A program made the position numbers and the translations under genes. The notes beneath the pieces are model-generated. The model ran no database searches. It was not told where the DNA came from and saw nothing but the letters and a program-made list of their open reading frames with translations. A stretch of DNA of 64,000 nt from Patescibacteria group bacterium (GTDB lineage: Bacteria > Patescibacteriota > UBA1384 > XYA2-FULL-43-10 > 1-14-0-10-43-13): NCBI GenBank assembly GCA_041649155.1, contig JBAZNP010000001.1, positions 558,869 to 622,868 of the forward strand, in the 5' to 3' direction. This document shows, piece after piece, positions 50,940 to 61,033 of the stretch (positions within the stretch are counted from its first letter, which is position 1; each line of letters begins with the position of its first letter).

Positions 50940-51686
50940 ATGGATAAATATATAGCAATTGTGTTGGCGGCCGGAAAAGGCACCAGAATGAATGAGGGGA
51001 TTGCTTCTCCAATTCCAAAAGTAATGTTTGAGATTGCTGGTAAACCGATTATTTATTACACGGTTGATAATATCAAAAAAGTTGGAATTAACCATGTTGC
51101 TTTGGCCGTTGGTTATAAAAAAGAATTAATTGAAGAATATTTAAAAGACGAAGTTGAATACGCTGTTCAGGAGAAGCAATTAGGCACAGGTCATGCCGTA
51201 ATGATGGCAAAGGAATTATTGATCGGTAAATCTGAAGCAGTGATTATTTGTTATGGAGATATGCCGTTGGTTAAACCAGAAACGATTAAGAAATTAATCA
51301 ATGTATTTGAGAGCGATAATCCAACAATTGCTATGATTTCAGCAATTTCGGAAGATCCTTTTGGTTACGGAAGAATTATCAGAGACTCAAATGGCGAAGT
51401 TTCAGGTATTAAAGAGCACAAAGATTGCAACGAAGAGGAACTCAAAATTAAGGAGTGGAACCCCGGCTTCTATATTTTTAATTCAGAATGGCTTTGGACT
51501 AATAGTGATAAACTAGATAATAATAATGCTCAAAAAGAATATTATCTGACTGATCTAATAAAATTTGCCAAAAAGCAGGGTAAAAAAATAATTGCCATTC
51601 CAGTTTCCGAAGAATCTGAGGCTTTGGGCATAAACTCTCAGGAACAGTTGAGGGAGGCGGAAGCAGTTCTTGTTAATCGCAAATAA
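50940..51686 (+). CDS. GlmU-like uridyltransferase domain only (no acetyltransferase beta-helix)
   Basis: LAAGKGTRM, QLGTGHAV, GDMP, GYGRI, NAQKEYYLTD; ends at 248 aa. Confidence 0.88.
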   Translation: MDKYIAIVLAAGKGTRMNEGIASPIPKVMFEIAGKPIIYYTVDNIKKVGINHVALAVGYKKELIEEYLKDEVEYAVQEKQLGTGHAVMMAKELLIGKSEAVIICYGDMPLVKPETIKKLINVFESDNPTIAMISAISEDPFGYGRIIRDSNGEVSGIKEHKDCNEEELKIKEWNPGFYIFNSEWLWTNSDKLDNNNAQKEYYLTDLIKFAKKQGKKIIAIPVSEESEALGINSQEQLREAEAVLVNRK

Positions 51687-51691
51687 ATATC

Positions 51692-51758
51692 GTCATCCCA
51701 GACTTGATCTGGGATCCAGTTACTATTTATATAGATTCCGTATCAAGTACGGAATGAC
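51692..51758. repeat. Family A element (inverted relative to 6047-6113)
   Basis: Its spacer is the reverse complement of the 6047 copy's spacer. Confidence 0.9.
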
Positions 51759-51769
51759 AGAGCGGAATC

Positions 51770-52507
51770 ATGAATATTCGAACAAGTGGGATAGTACTAA
51801 AGCGTATGAACTTTGGCGAAGCCGATCGGATTTTGACTATTTTTACTGAGCGGTTTGGCAAAGTTAAAGCTATCGCCCGAGGGGTTAGAAAAGGAAGGTC
51901 GAAATTGGCCGGCCATCTTGAACCATTTATGCTTTTAGATTTGCAACTTTATGAGGGTAAAACTTTTTATACTGTCACCGGTTCGGAAATTAAATCTGAT
52001 TTTTCAGAGATTCACACTGAGCTAAAAAAAACTTCTCAAGCCTTTTATCTAGCTGAATTAGTTGATAGATTTTTGCCCGATCATCAGGGATCAGATGAAG
52101 TTTTTAATCTTTTTTGCAGAGCTCTTCAATATCTGAATAAAAATGAGAAAAATTTATTTCTGCGAATCTTTGAGCTAAAAATTATTGAAGCTTCTGGCTT
52201 TTATCCGGAGCTTTATGAATGTGTACATTGCAAAAATAAATTAGAGGAAGAAAGTAATTTTTGGGATGCGGTTGAAGGCGGTGTAATTTGTGGTGATTGT
52301 CAGAAAAAATTTCATCATGGTAAGAAAATTTCAAACCAATTAATAAAATTATTACGCTTAATAGAGAAAAGCGATTTTTCAATTTTGGAAAAATTAAAAA
52401 TATCGAACGAGGTAGAAGAAGAAGCAGAAGAAATATTATCCACATACATCGCCTCGGTCTTGGAAAGAGAACTAAAAAGCAAAGGTTTTATGAAACTGGT
52501 AAACTAG
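51770..52507 (+). CDS. recO: DNA repair protein RecO
   Basis: GIVLKR..EADRILTIFT..GKV..ARG; CVHC...CGDC zinc finger. Confidence 0.95.
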   Translation: MNIRTSGIVLKRMNFGEADRILTIFTERFGKVKAIARGVRKGRSKLAGHLEPFMLLDLQLYEGKTFYTVTGSEIKSDFSEIHTELKKTSQAFYLAELVDRFLPDHQGSDEVFNLFCRALQYLNKNEKNLFLRIFELKIIEASGFYPELYECVHCKNKLEEESNFWDAVEGGVICGDCQKKFHHGKKISNQLIKLLRLIEKSDFSILEKLKISNEVEEEAEEILSTYIASVLERELKSKGFMKLVN

Positions 52508-52546
52508 TTTTCATTTAAACTTATTTTAATCGTATATATGGATAAT

Positions 52547-52587
52547 TATCTTAGTATTCAATATGGCCGTTGCAAAATCTAAGATAG
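52547..52587. repeat. Solo, degenerate third copy of the PaaX-flanking palindrome
   Basis: TATCTTAGtattcaatatGGCCGTTGCAAAATCTAAGATAG. Confidence 0.85.
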
Positions 52588-52679
52588 TTATTAACTGGTT
52601 ATTTTTAAATGTAATATGTAATAAAGAGAAGCGCCCCGATGGAAAATTCCATCGGGGCGCAACGGTTGTGGTGAGGGTG

Positions 52680-53513
52680 TTAGCCCTCTACAAACAGCAT
52701 GGCGCTGTTGCGGGGAGAGTAGATGGGGAAGCCGAGTTCTCGGCCTTTGCGGCGATACCACTGGTCAGAGGCGGCCCAAAGTTTGTTGTTAGGGTGAATC
52801 CAACTACATTCAGCATAAGGATCGATATCTGCTTTGCTGAATGATTTGACATTCATTTCGCTGGTTTCAACTTCGATTAAATATCGGATGCAATGATCAA
52901 GCTGAAAACCCCGAGTTCCCCATTCTGTTGGTTCTTTGGCATACTGGCGAAGGAACGATGGATTCTTGGGAATATTGACTCGTTCAAAGCTCTGTCCTGT
53001 GATGCATGGCCCCATCCAGATACTTATTTCGTTGTTTTTATCTGGCCATTCTTCAAAGAACTTCTGGATAACCCCAAAGGGAAGCTGGATTATTTCCGGC
53101 CACCCGACATGCATGTAGCCAATCCATCTGTCAGACCAAATGATGATGCAGGCGCAATCGCCGAGAAAGGTCTCGATCACAAATGGGAATGAACTGCCAG
53201 TTCTTTGGACGATTAAACCGTCGCAAGAAAAGACAATCGGCATAACATACTTGTCTTTTACGATTTCTACGATATTGTGTGATTCGTGAGCAAGCGATAC
53301 GTGACAAATAGGTCCGAAATTCCTGCCAAGTGTCTTTTCGATAACTTCTCTGCCAATATCGGCCGGCGTGTTCTTGTCCCCGATATAGCCTATTGGGAAC
53401 TTTTGAGTGGCTAGCGGGTACACGACTCTGAGTGATCGCTCGGCGTCGATATACCCAAAATCCTTGAACTGCTTTGACCCGAAAAGGGCCTCAAAATCAT
53501 ACTTATGCGGCAT
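52680..53513 (-). CDS. Divergent YfiH/PgeF-like (laccase-domain) protein
   Basis: H, DGLI, GDC, HVGW, GPCI pattern. Confidence 0.7.
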   Translation of the reverse strand: MPHKYDFEALFGSKQFKDFGYIDAERSLRVVYPLATQKFPIGYIGDKNTPADIGREVIEKTLGRNFGPICHVSLAHESHNIVEIVKDKYVMPIVFSCDGLIVQRTGSSFPFVIETFLGDCACIIIWSDRWIGYMHVGWPEIIQLPFGVIQKFFEEWPDKNNEISIWMGPCITGQSFERVNIPKNPSFLRQYAKEPTEWGTRGFQLDHCIRYLIEVETSEMNVKSFSKADIDPYAECSWIHPNNKLWAASDQWYRRKGRELGFPIYSPRNSAMLFVEG

Positions 53514-53744
53514 TTACCGCACCCCCTTCATATGTAGTATGTGCTTTGAGCTCAAATACGATGAGATCCTTCGGCTGTGCCTCAGGATGACAACTTATTT
53601 GAACATCAACCGTATATTACATCATAAATCTCTGGAAATATCAATAGTGAAGAATGCTACATAGTGTGGTATATTGTTTTTAGTTCTTGGTTTATTTAAA
53701 AAATAATTAGGTCTCTGTTTTCTGGAGATTTATGAAGGGGAGTT

Positions 53745-54320
53745 ATGTTGATAAAAAACCACGGTAAAGTAAGAGAAGATAATGGTTTTACTTTAATAGA
53801 ACTTTTGGTTGTGGTGGCTATTATCGGAGTTTTAGCGACAGTTGTAGTAGTAAGCTTAACTGGAGCGCAAAAAAAATCAAGAGATTCGAAAAGAAAGTCA
53901 GATGTTGCAGCGATTAAACTCAGCATGGATTCGTTTTATGTTGATAATCATCGATATCCTATTTGTGATAACACGACTGAATGCAAATTCAGCAATATAA
54001 CTAATTCAAATGAGCGTTCTATCAATGATACCAACAAAACAATTATTGCAGATGATATAACTAAAATTACAACGTATTTACCAGTTTTCCCCAAGGACCC
54101 CACTGTTAAAAGGAATGGTTTGCCTGCATATTATGCATATGCGGATAGTGATAGCAATGCTCTTGGGAATCAATCTTACTCAATCGGAGTGGCGCTGGAG
54201 GTGGCAGAAGGTGATGATCCGTATGAGCTTGAAATAAGCGGTAAGACATATTATTTATGTAAATCAAGTACGAGTGGGCTTGACGTTATGTGGGAGACTT
54301 GGCCAAAATGCGATTTTTAG
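53745..54320 (+). CDS. Type IV pilin-like protein
   Basis: G|FTLIELLVV; SRDSKRKSD. Confidence 0.9.
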   Translation: MLIKNHGKVREDNGFTLIELLVVVAIIGVLATVVVVSLTGAQKKSRDSKRKSDVAAIKLSMDSFYVDNHRYPICDNTTECKFSNITNSNERSINDTNKTIIADDITKITTYLPVFPKDPTVKRNGLPAYYAYADSDSNALGNQSYSIGVALEVAEGDDPYELEISGKTYYLCKSSTSGLDVMWETWPKCDF

Positions 54321-54354
54321 ATCAGTAAAAAAAAGGAAACATTGAGGAAATATT

Positions 54355-55839
54355 ATGGCAAAAGAAAATAACAATGCCGCATCCGACAAAGTCGGAGCGG
54401 GCACCCCTGCTTATACTGAAAGCGGAATGCGAGGCAAGATGGAAAAGATTATCTCTTTATGTAAAAGACGTGGGTTCGTCTATCCTGCTTCGGAGATCTA
54501 CGGTGGTTTTGCAAATGCCTTTGACTATGGTCCGCTTGGTGCGCAATTAAAGAAAAATGTTAAAGATGTCTGGTGGCAGAAGTTTGTAACTGAGCGCGAT
54601 GACATGGTCGGGCTTGACTCGGCAATTATTCAAAATCCAAAAACATGGGAAGCTTCAGGGCATTTGAAATCTTTTTCTGATCCTCTTGTAGAATGTAAAA
54701 AATGCCATAAACGTTTCCGTGAAGACCATATTCAAGAATTGTTGGAAAAGATTGGTGCTGCTGCTGACGCGGTGACGGGATCCCTGATCAAGTCCGGGAT
54801 GACAGAAGGGTTATCACAGGAACAAAGAGATATGTTGTTTTGCAAAGGCGCAGAAGAGCATGATTTTACGGAAGCGAAGAATTTTAATCTTATGTTTAAG
54901 ACTTTTATAGGCGTGACGGAAGATTCGGCTTCAACTGCATATTTGCGGCCGGAAACTGCTCAGGGTATATTTTTAAATTTTAAAAATGTTCTGCAGTCAA
55001 GCCGTGTCAAAATTCCTTTTGGTATTGCCCAGATCGGAAAAGCTTTCCGCAACGAAATTACTCCGGGAAATTTTACCTTTAGAACAAGAGAATTTGAACA
55101 GTCTGAGATTGAATATTTTATCAAACCAGACAAAGAAGAGTCGCAGAAAACTTTTGACTACTGGATAAAGATCTGGAAAGAGTTCTTCTCTGATTTGGGT
55201 ATTAAAGATGAAAATCTTACCATTAGAGCGCATGACAAAGAGGAACTTTCTCATTATTCAACTGGTACGTCAGACGTAGAGTATAACTTTCCGTTTGGAG
55301 TATCAGAACTTGCCGGTGTAGCCCAAAGAACTGATTTTGATTTAAAACAGCACGAAAAATATTCCGGACAGGATGTAAAATATTTTGATGAGACTACCGG
55401 TGAAAAATTTATTCCTTATGTGGTTGAACCAACGATGGGTGTTGATCGAGCTGCCTTAGCATTTTTAGTAGATGCTTATGATGAATCAGACGGAACTGAT
55501 GGCAGGGCAGAAGGGGAGGTCACACTTCATCTACATCCAAAACTAGCTCCTATTAAAATCGCAGTGTTCCCGCTGGTAAAAAAAGAAGGTCTGCCAGAAA
55601 TAGCCAAGGAAATAGTTTCTAATTTGCGAAAAGCAGGAATCGAAACTTTTTATGATGAAAGCGGATCAGTTGGTAAGAGATATCGAAGACAGGATGAAAT
55701 TGGCACTCCATGGTGCGTTACAATTGATTTTGACTCGATAAAAGACAAAACAGTGACAGTCAGAGATAGAGATACGATGAAGCAGGAGAGGATGAAAATT
55801 ACAGAAGTAATTGGTTTTGTGCAGGGAAAATTAATCTAA
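54355..55839 (+). CDS. glyQS: Glycine--tRNA ligase (alpha2 type)
   Basis: KRRGF, DYGPLG, LRPETAQG, FRNEI, REFEQ, GKRYRRQDEIGTP. Confidence 0.97.
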   Translation: MAKENNNAASDKVGAGTPAYTESGMRGKMEKIISLCKRRGFVYPASEIYGGFANAFDYGPLGAQLKKNVKDVWWQKFVTERDDMVGLDSAIIQNPKTWEASGHLKSFSDPLVECKKCHKRFREDHIQELLEKIGAAADAVTGSLIKSGMTEGLSQEQRDMLFCKGAEEHDFTEAKNFNLMFKTFIGVTEDSASTAYLRPETAQGIFLNFKNVLQSSRVKIPFGIAQIGKAFRNEITPGNFTFRTREFEQSEIEYFIKPDKEESQKTFDYWIKIWKEFFSDLGIKDENLTIRAHDKEELSHYSTGTSDVEYNFPFGVSELAGVAQRTDFDLKQHEKYSGQDVKYFDETTGEKFIPYVVEPTMGVDRAALAFLVDAYDESDGTDGRAEGEVTLHLHPKLAPIKIAVFPLVKKEGLPEIAKEIVSNLRKAGIETFYDESGSVGKRYRRQDEIGTPWCVTIDFDSIKDKTVTVRDRDTMKQERMKITEVIGFVQGKLI

Positions 55840-55855
55840 ATAAGTTGGGAGGGAC

Positions 55856-56398
55856 ATGAATAGGAGAGCGTTTGCCCTAGTTAAATCCGGCGAGGCCGGT
55901 AAGTCAAAAGCTTATTTAACGGGGTTTACTTTAATAGAACTTCTAGTGATGGTTGCCATCATCGGTATTTTGGCTACTATAATTTCTTTAAATGTAATAG
56001 GAGCACAGGCTAAAGCGAAGTATGCAAAGGTTATTGCTGATATGGCGACTATAGGTAAAGCGGTTAATTCATATTGGGTTAGTAATTATAGCGAATATCC
56101 GAAAGATGTGACTTATAATACGTTACCAACTGATGCTGGTTTTTCTGAATATCTCTCTGTTTGGCCCAAAACACCTTGTAATAGTAATTACTATTATGAT
56201 TACGAAAACTGGTCAAATGATCCTGTGCCTGTTCCCAACAAAGGGATCATAGGAATCCAATTTATCTATAGGAATGGAAGTGCTAATAGATACATATATT
56301 ATTATAATATTCATGATTTTTCATCAGTTGCCGACTCTCTTTATAGGGGTGTTAACATAGAAGATTTGTCTGATAAAAAAATAACTTGTTCCGAGTAA
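55856..56398 (+). CDS. Type IV pilin-like protein
   Basis: G|FTLIELLV, with a family C insertion in the leader. Confidence 0.9.
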   Translation: MNRRAFALVKSGEAGKSKAYLTGFTLIELLVMVAIIGILATIISLNVIGAQAKAKYAKVIADMATIGKAVNSYWVSNYSEYPKDVTYNTLPTDAGFSEYLSVWPKTPCNSNYYYDYENWSNDPVPVPNKGIIGIQFIYRNGSANRYIYYYNIHDFSSVADSLYRGVNIEDLSDKKITCSE

Positions 56399-56522
56399 GC
56401 AATTGTTTAAATAAAAAAATCAGCCTTATAAAACAGGCTGATTTTTTTTTAATTATCGTTTTCTGTACTGCATAAATTAGCATTTACTATTATTGTCCAC
56501 AAATTTGTGGAGAGAAGGGTTG

Positions 56523-56584
56523 TTGACGATGGGGCAAGTAAGCACTAAACTGGTAAGTAGTGGGTGACAGTGGGAAAAGGTGGG
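56523..56584 (+). promoter_or_regulatory. dcw promoter with MraZ-binding repeats
   Basis: TTGACG-17 bp-TAAACT; GTGGG at 56560, 56570 and 56580 (10-bp period). Confidence 0.8.
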
Positions 56585-56586
56585 AG

Positions 56587-56676
56587 AACAACAGATGACG
56601 AATTATACAGATAATACAAATATTGGAATTCAAATTCGTCATTAGTATTATTAGTTTTTATTAGTAATCTGTAGTT
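56587..56676. mobile_element. Empty MITE-like derivative of the GxxExxY element
   Basis: Left end 33/35 identical to 36275-36309; right end matches 36708-36742; only 19 bp lie between them. Confidence 0.75.
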
Positions 56677-56679
56677 TAT

Positions 56680-57111
56680 ATGTTTATTGGAGAATATTCA
56701 CACAGTTTGGATGATAAGGGGCGAGTATCTCTTCCGGTAAAGTTTCGCGGAAAGTTAGCTTCCGGTTGTGTGGTCACTAGAGGGCTTGACCATTGCTTAT
56801 GGGTGTATTCTTTGGAGGAGTGGGAGAAATTGGCTGAGAATTTATCGTCTCTCCCCATTACTTCCAAGAACGCCAGGAGTTTTTCCAGATTAATGCTTGC
56901 TGGAGCGATGGACTTAAAAATCGATAGTGCAGGACGCATAAATTTACCAAATTATTTATCAAAATATGCTGGCATCAAAAATAAAGTAGTCATTACAGGT
57001 ATGTATAACCGATTGGAGATATGGCCGGAAGAGGGTTGGAGTGAATTTAAGAAAGGAATGGAAGAAAATAGCGAGGAAATTGCCGAGCAGATAGAGGAAA
57101 TCGGCTTCTAG
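56680..57111 (+). CDS. mraZ: Transcriptional repressor MraZ
   Basis: LDDKGRVSLP and IDSAGRINLP; LEIW. Confidence 0.97.
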   Translation: MFIGEYSHSLDDKGRVSLPVKFRGKLASGCVVTRGLDHCLWVYSLEEWEKLAENLSSLPITSKNARSFSRLMLAGAMDLKIDSAGRINLPNYLSKYAGIKNKVVITGMYNRLEIWPEEGWSEFKKGMEENSEEIAEQIEEIGF

Positions 57112-57113
57112 GA

Positions 57114-57167
57114 AACAACAGATTACAGATCATACGAATAATACAGATTACAAATTGGACAGATAAT
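57114..57167 (+). repeat. Solo GxxExxY-type left end
   Basis: AACAACAGATTACAGATCATACGAATAATACAGAT. Confidence 0.75.
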
Positions 57168-57546
57168 ATTAATAATGAATATCGCATCTTAACAATTTTA
57201 TTTAAATAAGTAGCCAACAAACACCTTGTGAGTTCATTTAGAAGCTGTACGAACAGCACACGGAGGAGGGTTCCTATTCATAGAATGGGAACAAGCGAAG
57301 GAGGGCATCATCCTCCTACACTCAGGTTTGGTTCGAGGACTACGCCTGCCTGCCGGCAGGCAGGTCCACGCAGCCAAAACTTCGTTTTGGAGGATTTCAC
57401 GGCAAAACTATCAAAAAATAGTCGAGCTCAAAAACAAAAACTTTATTTTTATAGGCACGTTCTGGGTGCATAAAACAAAAAAGTTGGCTACTGATTTTAA
57501 TAAAATTGTAAATCTTTGTTTTTTTAATTTCTTATTGGGAGGGAAA

Positions 57547-57900
57547 GTGGGTAGAGTTCTAACAATCACAAACAGCAGTCACAATATTGCAGGTGTCCGA
57601 AAAAAGACAATTGGAAGAGAAATTGTTATTGGGCCCAATGCAATCAAATTTGTAGCAATTTCAATATTTGCTATATTGGCAATCGTTTATTTAACCCAAT
57701 CAACTTCGGGGGCTAATAGAAGTGTCAAGGTTCAGGATTTAGACGATAAAAAAACACAATTACAAATGCAAAAAGAGCGTCTCGAAGTTGAACAGACTAG
57801 ATTAAAATCTCTCAAAGAAATTGATAGCACGGTTGAAAATGAAAAAAATACTTTAGAACCAGCATCGAATGTGGACAATATAAGTGGAACTGTTCATTAG
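57547..57900 (+). CDS. FtsL-like cell division protein
   Basis: Single TM plus coiled coil; GTG after GGAGG; lies directly before ftsI. Confidence 0.7.
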   Translation: MGRVLTITNSSHNIAGVRKKTIGREIVIGPNAIKFVAISIFAILAIVYLTQSTSGANRSVKVQDLDDKKTQLQMQKERLEVEQTRLKSLKEIDSTVENEKNTLEPASNVDNISGTVH

Positions 57901-57968
57901 GATTAACTGATATCATCAAGCAGGATTATTGCGTCATAGAATAAATTGCAATATTATTATAATTGACT

Positions 57969-59732
57969 ATGTCTGAATATACTAAGACAATTGAAAGACG
58001 CCTAAAGGCCATGGGCGTTATTGTTGTATTAATTACAGTAATACTGATTTTTAGAATGTTTGATATTCAAATTATTAAACATAGTCATTATCTTGCTTTA
58101 GCGCAAGGACAGCAAAGGTTCGAAAAAACGGAAACAGCTCAGAGGGGCAAAGTTTATGTTCACGATTCTTTTTCGGATCCAGATTCTTACTATCCTTTAG
58201 CATTTGATGTTAAGAAGTTCTCTGTCTGGGTTGTACCGCATCAGGTAACAAAAAAAGAGGAACTATCCGGTAAATTAGCAGGTCTGGTTGGTCTTACTTC
58301 ACAGGAGATCTTCGATAAAATAAATAACGACAAACTTTATATACCTCCGATTAAAAAAGGGCTTTCTTTGGACGAAGCAGAAAAGGTTAAAGATGAACAA
58401 TTGACCGGAGTATTCGTCATGCCTGAATATAGTCGCTATTATCCTGAAGCGACTTTAGCATCTCATATTTTGGGCTTTGTTAATGCTGATGGTGAAGGAA
58501 AGTATGGTTTTGAAGGTCATTATAACAACGAGCTTAAGGGAACTGCGGGAAATGTAACAGGAGAGAAGGATACATTGGGCAGAATGATTAATCTTTTAGA
58601 TCAGACTGACCCCAAGGATGGTACAAGTTATGTTCTAACAATTGACAGATCTGTCCAATATTTTGTTGAAAAGAAACTAAATGAAGCCTTACAGACGTAT
58701 CAGGCAGAATCCGGTACTGTCATTATTATGGATGTAAAAACAGGTGGAATTGTTGCGATGGCTAGTGCTCCCAGTTATGATCCTAATAATTTTAAAGATT
58801 ATGCAAAAGATAATGCCGGCATATATGTTAATCCATCGATAGCTCATCTCTACGAACCAGGAAGTATTTTCAAGCCAATCGTTATGTCTGCGGCCATAGA
58901 TCAAGGAGTTGTAACACCAGAAACAAAAGGCAACTTTGACTGGCATGTTATGATTCAGGGGCATGAAATTAAAACAGCAGAAAAAAAAGCATTCGGTGAA
59001 GAAGATATGACACAGGTTCTGCAAAATTCAGACAATGTTGCTATGGTCTGGCTTTCAGAAAAACTGGGCAAAGATTCCATGTATAAATACTTGAAGGCTT
59101 ACAATATGTTTGACAAAACCGGTATAGATCTTGATTCGGAGGTTGCGGGCTATGCGCCTGAGCTAAAGCGTTGGCAAGACATTAATAGGGCTACAATATC
59201 ATTTGGACAAGGTATCTCTGTGACCCCGATTGAGATAGTTGCTGCTTATGCTGCTATGGCTAACGGTGGGGTTTATGAATATCCTCACATTGTTGATAAG
59301 ATGATTTTCTCGGATGGTACTGAAAAAAAGGTTGAGAAACAAGAAGGAGAAAGAATTATAAAGAAAGAGACCGCACAGCAACTTGGAGAAATGCTGTACA
59401 ATGTTGTGGAAAAGGGACATAGTTGGCGTGCAAAGGTGCCAGGATACAAGATAGGGGCAAAAACCGGTACTGCTCAGATTCCAAAAGCAGAAGGAGGTTA
59501 CGAGGAGTCTGAGGACGGATTGGGGATTTATATTCATTCTCTCGCTGGATTTGCACCAACAAATGATCCAAGGTATGCTATGTTAGTTAAGCTGGATAAG
59601 CCGAAATCTAATAAATACGCCGAAAATACTGCTGCACCGCTATTTGGAGAAATTTCTTCTTTTCTATTAAACTATTATTATAGATTGGCGCCAACAGAAC
59701 CGATAACATCGGCTGGTTACACTCCGTCTTAA
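57969..59732 (+). CDS. ftsI: Class B penicillin-binding protein (FtsI-like)
   Basis: RG.., RYYP, GFEG, EPGSIFK, SDN, KTGT. Confidence 0.93.
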   Translation: MSEYTKTIERRLKAMGVIVVLITVILIFRMFDIQIIKHSHYLALAQGQQRFEKTETAQRGKVYVHDSFSDPDSYYPLAFDVKKFSVWVVPHQVTKKEELSGKLAGLVGLTSQEIFDKINNDKLYIPPIKKGLSLDEAEKVKDEQLTGVFVMPEYSRYYPEATLASHILGFVNADGEGKYGFEGHYNNELKGTAGNVTGEKDTLGRMINLLDQTDPKDGTSYVLTIDRSVQYFVEKKLNEALQTYQAESGTVIIMDVKTGGIVAMASAPSYDPNNFKDYAKDNAGIYVNPSIAHLYEPGSIFKPIVMSAAIDQGVVTPETKGNFDWHVMIQGHEIKTAEKKAFGEEDMTQVLQNSDNVAMVWLSEKLGKDSMYKYLKAYNMFDKTGIDLDSEVAGYAPELKRWQDINRATISFGQGISVTPIEIVAAYAAMANGGVYEYPHIVDKMIFSDGTEKKVEKQEGERIIKKETAQQLGEMLYNVVEKGHSWRAKVPGYKIGAKTGTAQIPKAEGGYEESEDGLGIYIHSLAGFAPTNDPRYAMLVKLDKPKSNKYAENTAAPLFGEISSFLLNYYYRLAPTEPITSAGYTPS

Positions 59733-59759
59733 GATGCGTCAAATAACTCAAGTTGGTAT

Positions 59760-61010
59760 ATGAGGAACATTTATTTAAAATTTATTTACAAAATACTTGC
59801 TTTTTATGCAAGGAAAGTAATTGTTACGCACAATCCTTTTGTCATTGCTGTAACCGGTTCTGTGGGAAAGACATCGACAAAGGAAGCCATTTATCAGGTT
59901 TTGCATGATAAATATGGAGATTCAGTCAGAAAGAATTTCGGTAATTTAAATGCTGAAATTGGCATTCCGTTAACTATTTTAGGTTATGAGAAAGTTCCAA
60001 ATAAATTTATCTGGCCATTGTTTTTATTGGCTGCATGGTTCAAAACAAGGGTGAAAAGTTATCCAAAGTATCTGGTTTTAGAAATGGGAGTGGAACATCC
60101 CTGCGATATTGAGTATTTTTCTTCAATAGTTCGTCCTGATATTGCAATAATTACAAGCACTTCATCGGCCCATCTCGCAAATTTCCAAAATGAAGAACAA
60201 TTCCAAAAAGAGAAAATTTCTTTAATTGATCATTTAAGAGATGGCGGCAAGGCAATCTTGAATTTTGATGATGAAAATCTGGTAAAAATTAAGGGTGAAA
60301 ATATTTATTCCGTTGCTATTAATAATAACGCTGCAAATTACAAGTCTGAGAGCATTAAATTATCTCTGATGGGAACAGAATTCAGGATTGCTAAAACAGG
60401 ACACAAGATTTCTGTAAAATCACAATTATTGGGAAATCAGATGATTTACCCTCAAATGTTTTCTTTTGCAGTGGCTGATATAATGGGATTTTCTCTGATT
60501 GAAACCGGCAAATCTTTAGAAAAAATTTCTCCCATACCAGGCAGGTTAAATCTAATTGAAGGAAAGGATAATATTGCAATAATTGATGATACATATAACT
60601 CTAATCCAACTTCGGCCAAGCTGGCCATTGATTTCTTGGATCAGGTGGATTATAAGGGGAGAAAGATTGCGATTTTGGGTAACATGAATGAACTGGGTGC
60701 CAATGAAAAACTTCTTCATCAAAAAATTGCAGAATACAGCAAAGACAAATTTGACCAGGTGATATTTGTTGGCGTAAATTCATCAATTATGCAAGAAAAA
60801 TGTGATCGTAATTCCTTAAGTTTTAAAACAAGAAAAGAACTAATTAATAATCTGGACAAAATATTAAAGCCAAATGATCTTGTGCTCATAAAGGCTTCGC
60901 AAAATAAAAATTATTTAGAAGAAGTAGTAAAAAAAATAATGAAAAATCCAAGTCTTGCAAAAGAGCAGCTAGTAAGGCAAAGTAAAGAATGGATAAACAG
61001 AAAACGATAG
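59760..61010 (+). CDS. murF: UDP-MurNAc-tripeptide--D-Ala-D-Ala ligase
   Basis: TGSVGKTSTKE, EIGIPLT, EMG, DDTYNSNP, GNMNELG. Confidence 0.92.
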   Translation: MRNIYLKFIYKILAFYARKVIVTHNPFVIAVTGSVGKTSTKEAIYQVLHDKYGDSVRKNFGNLNAEIGIPLTILGYEKVPNKFIWPLFLLAAWFKTRVKSYPKYLVLEMGVEHPCDIEYFSSIVRPDIAIITSTSSAHLANFQNEEQFQKEKISLIDHLRDGGKAILNFDDENLVKIKGENIYSVAINNNAANYKSESIKLSLMGTEFRIAKTGHKISVKSQLLGNQMIYPQMFSFAVADIMGFSLIETGKSLEKISPIPGRLNLIEGKDNIAIIDDTYNSNPTSAKLAIDFLDQVDYKGRKIAILGNMNELGANEKLLHQKIAEYSKDKFDQVIFVGVNSSIMQEKCDRNSLSFKTRKELINNLDKILKPNDLVLIKASQNKNYLEEVVKKIMKNPSLAKEQLVRQSKEWINRKR

Positions 61011-61033
61011 GTGAATAATATCAAAGGAGTTTT

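Noticed and set aside
57230-57460. RNase P RNA (GAAGCTG...GGAGGAGGGTTCC resembles its 5' end)
   Set aside because: Lacks GAGGAAAGTCC and the ACAGAA..CGGCTTA P4 partner.
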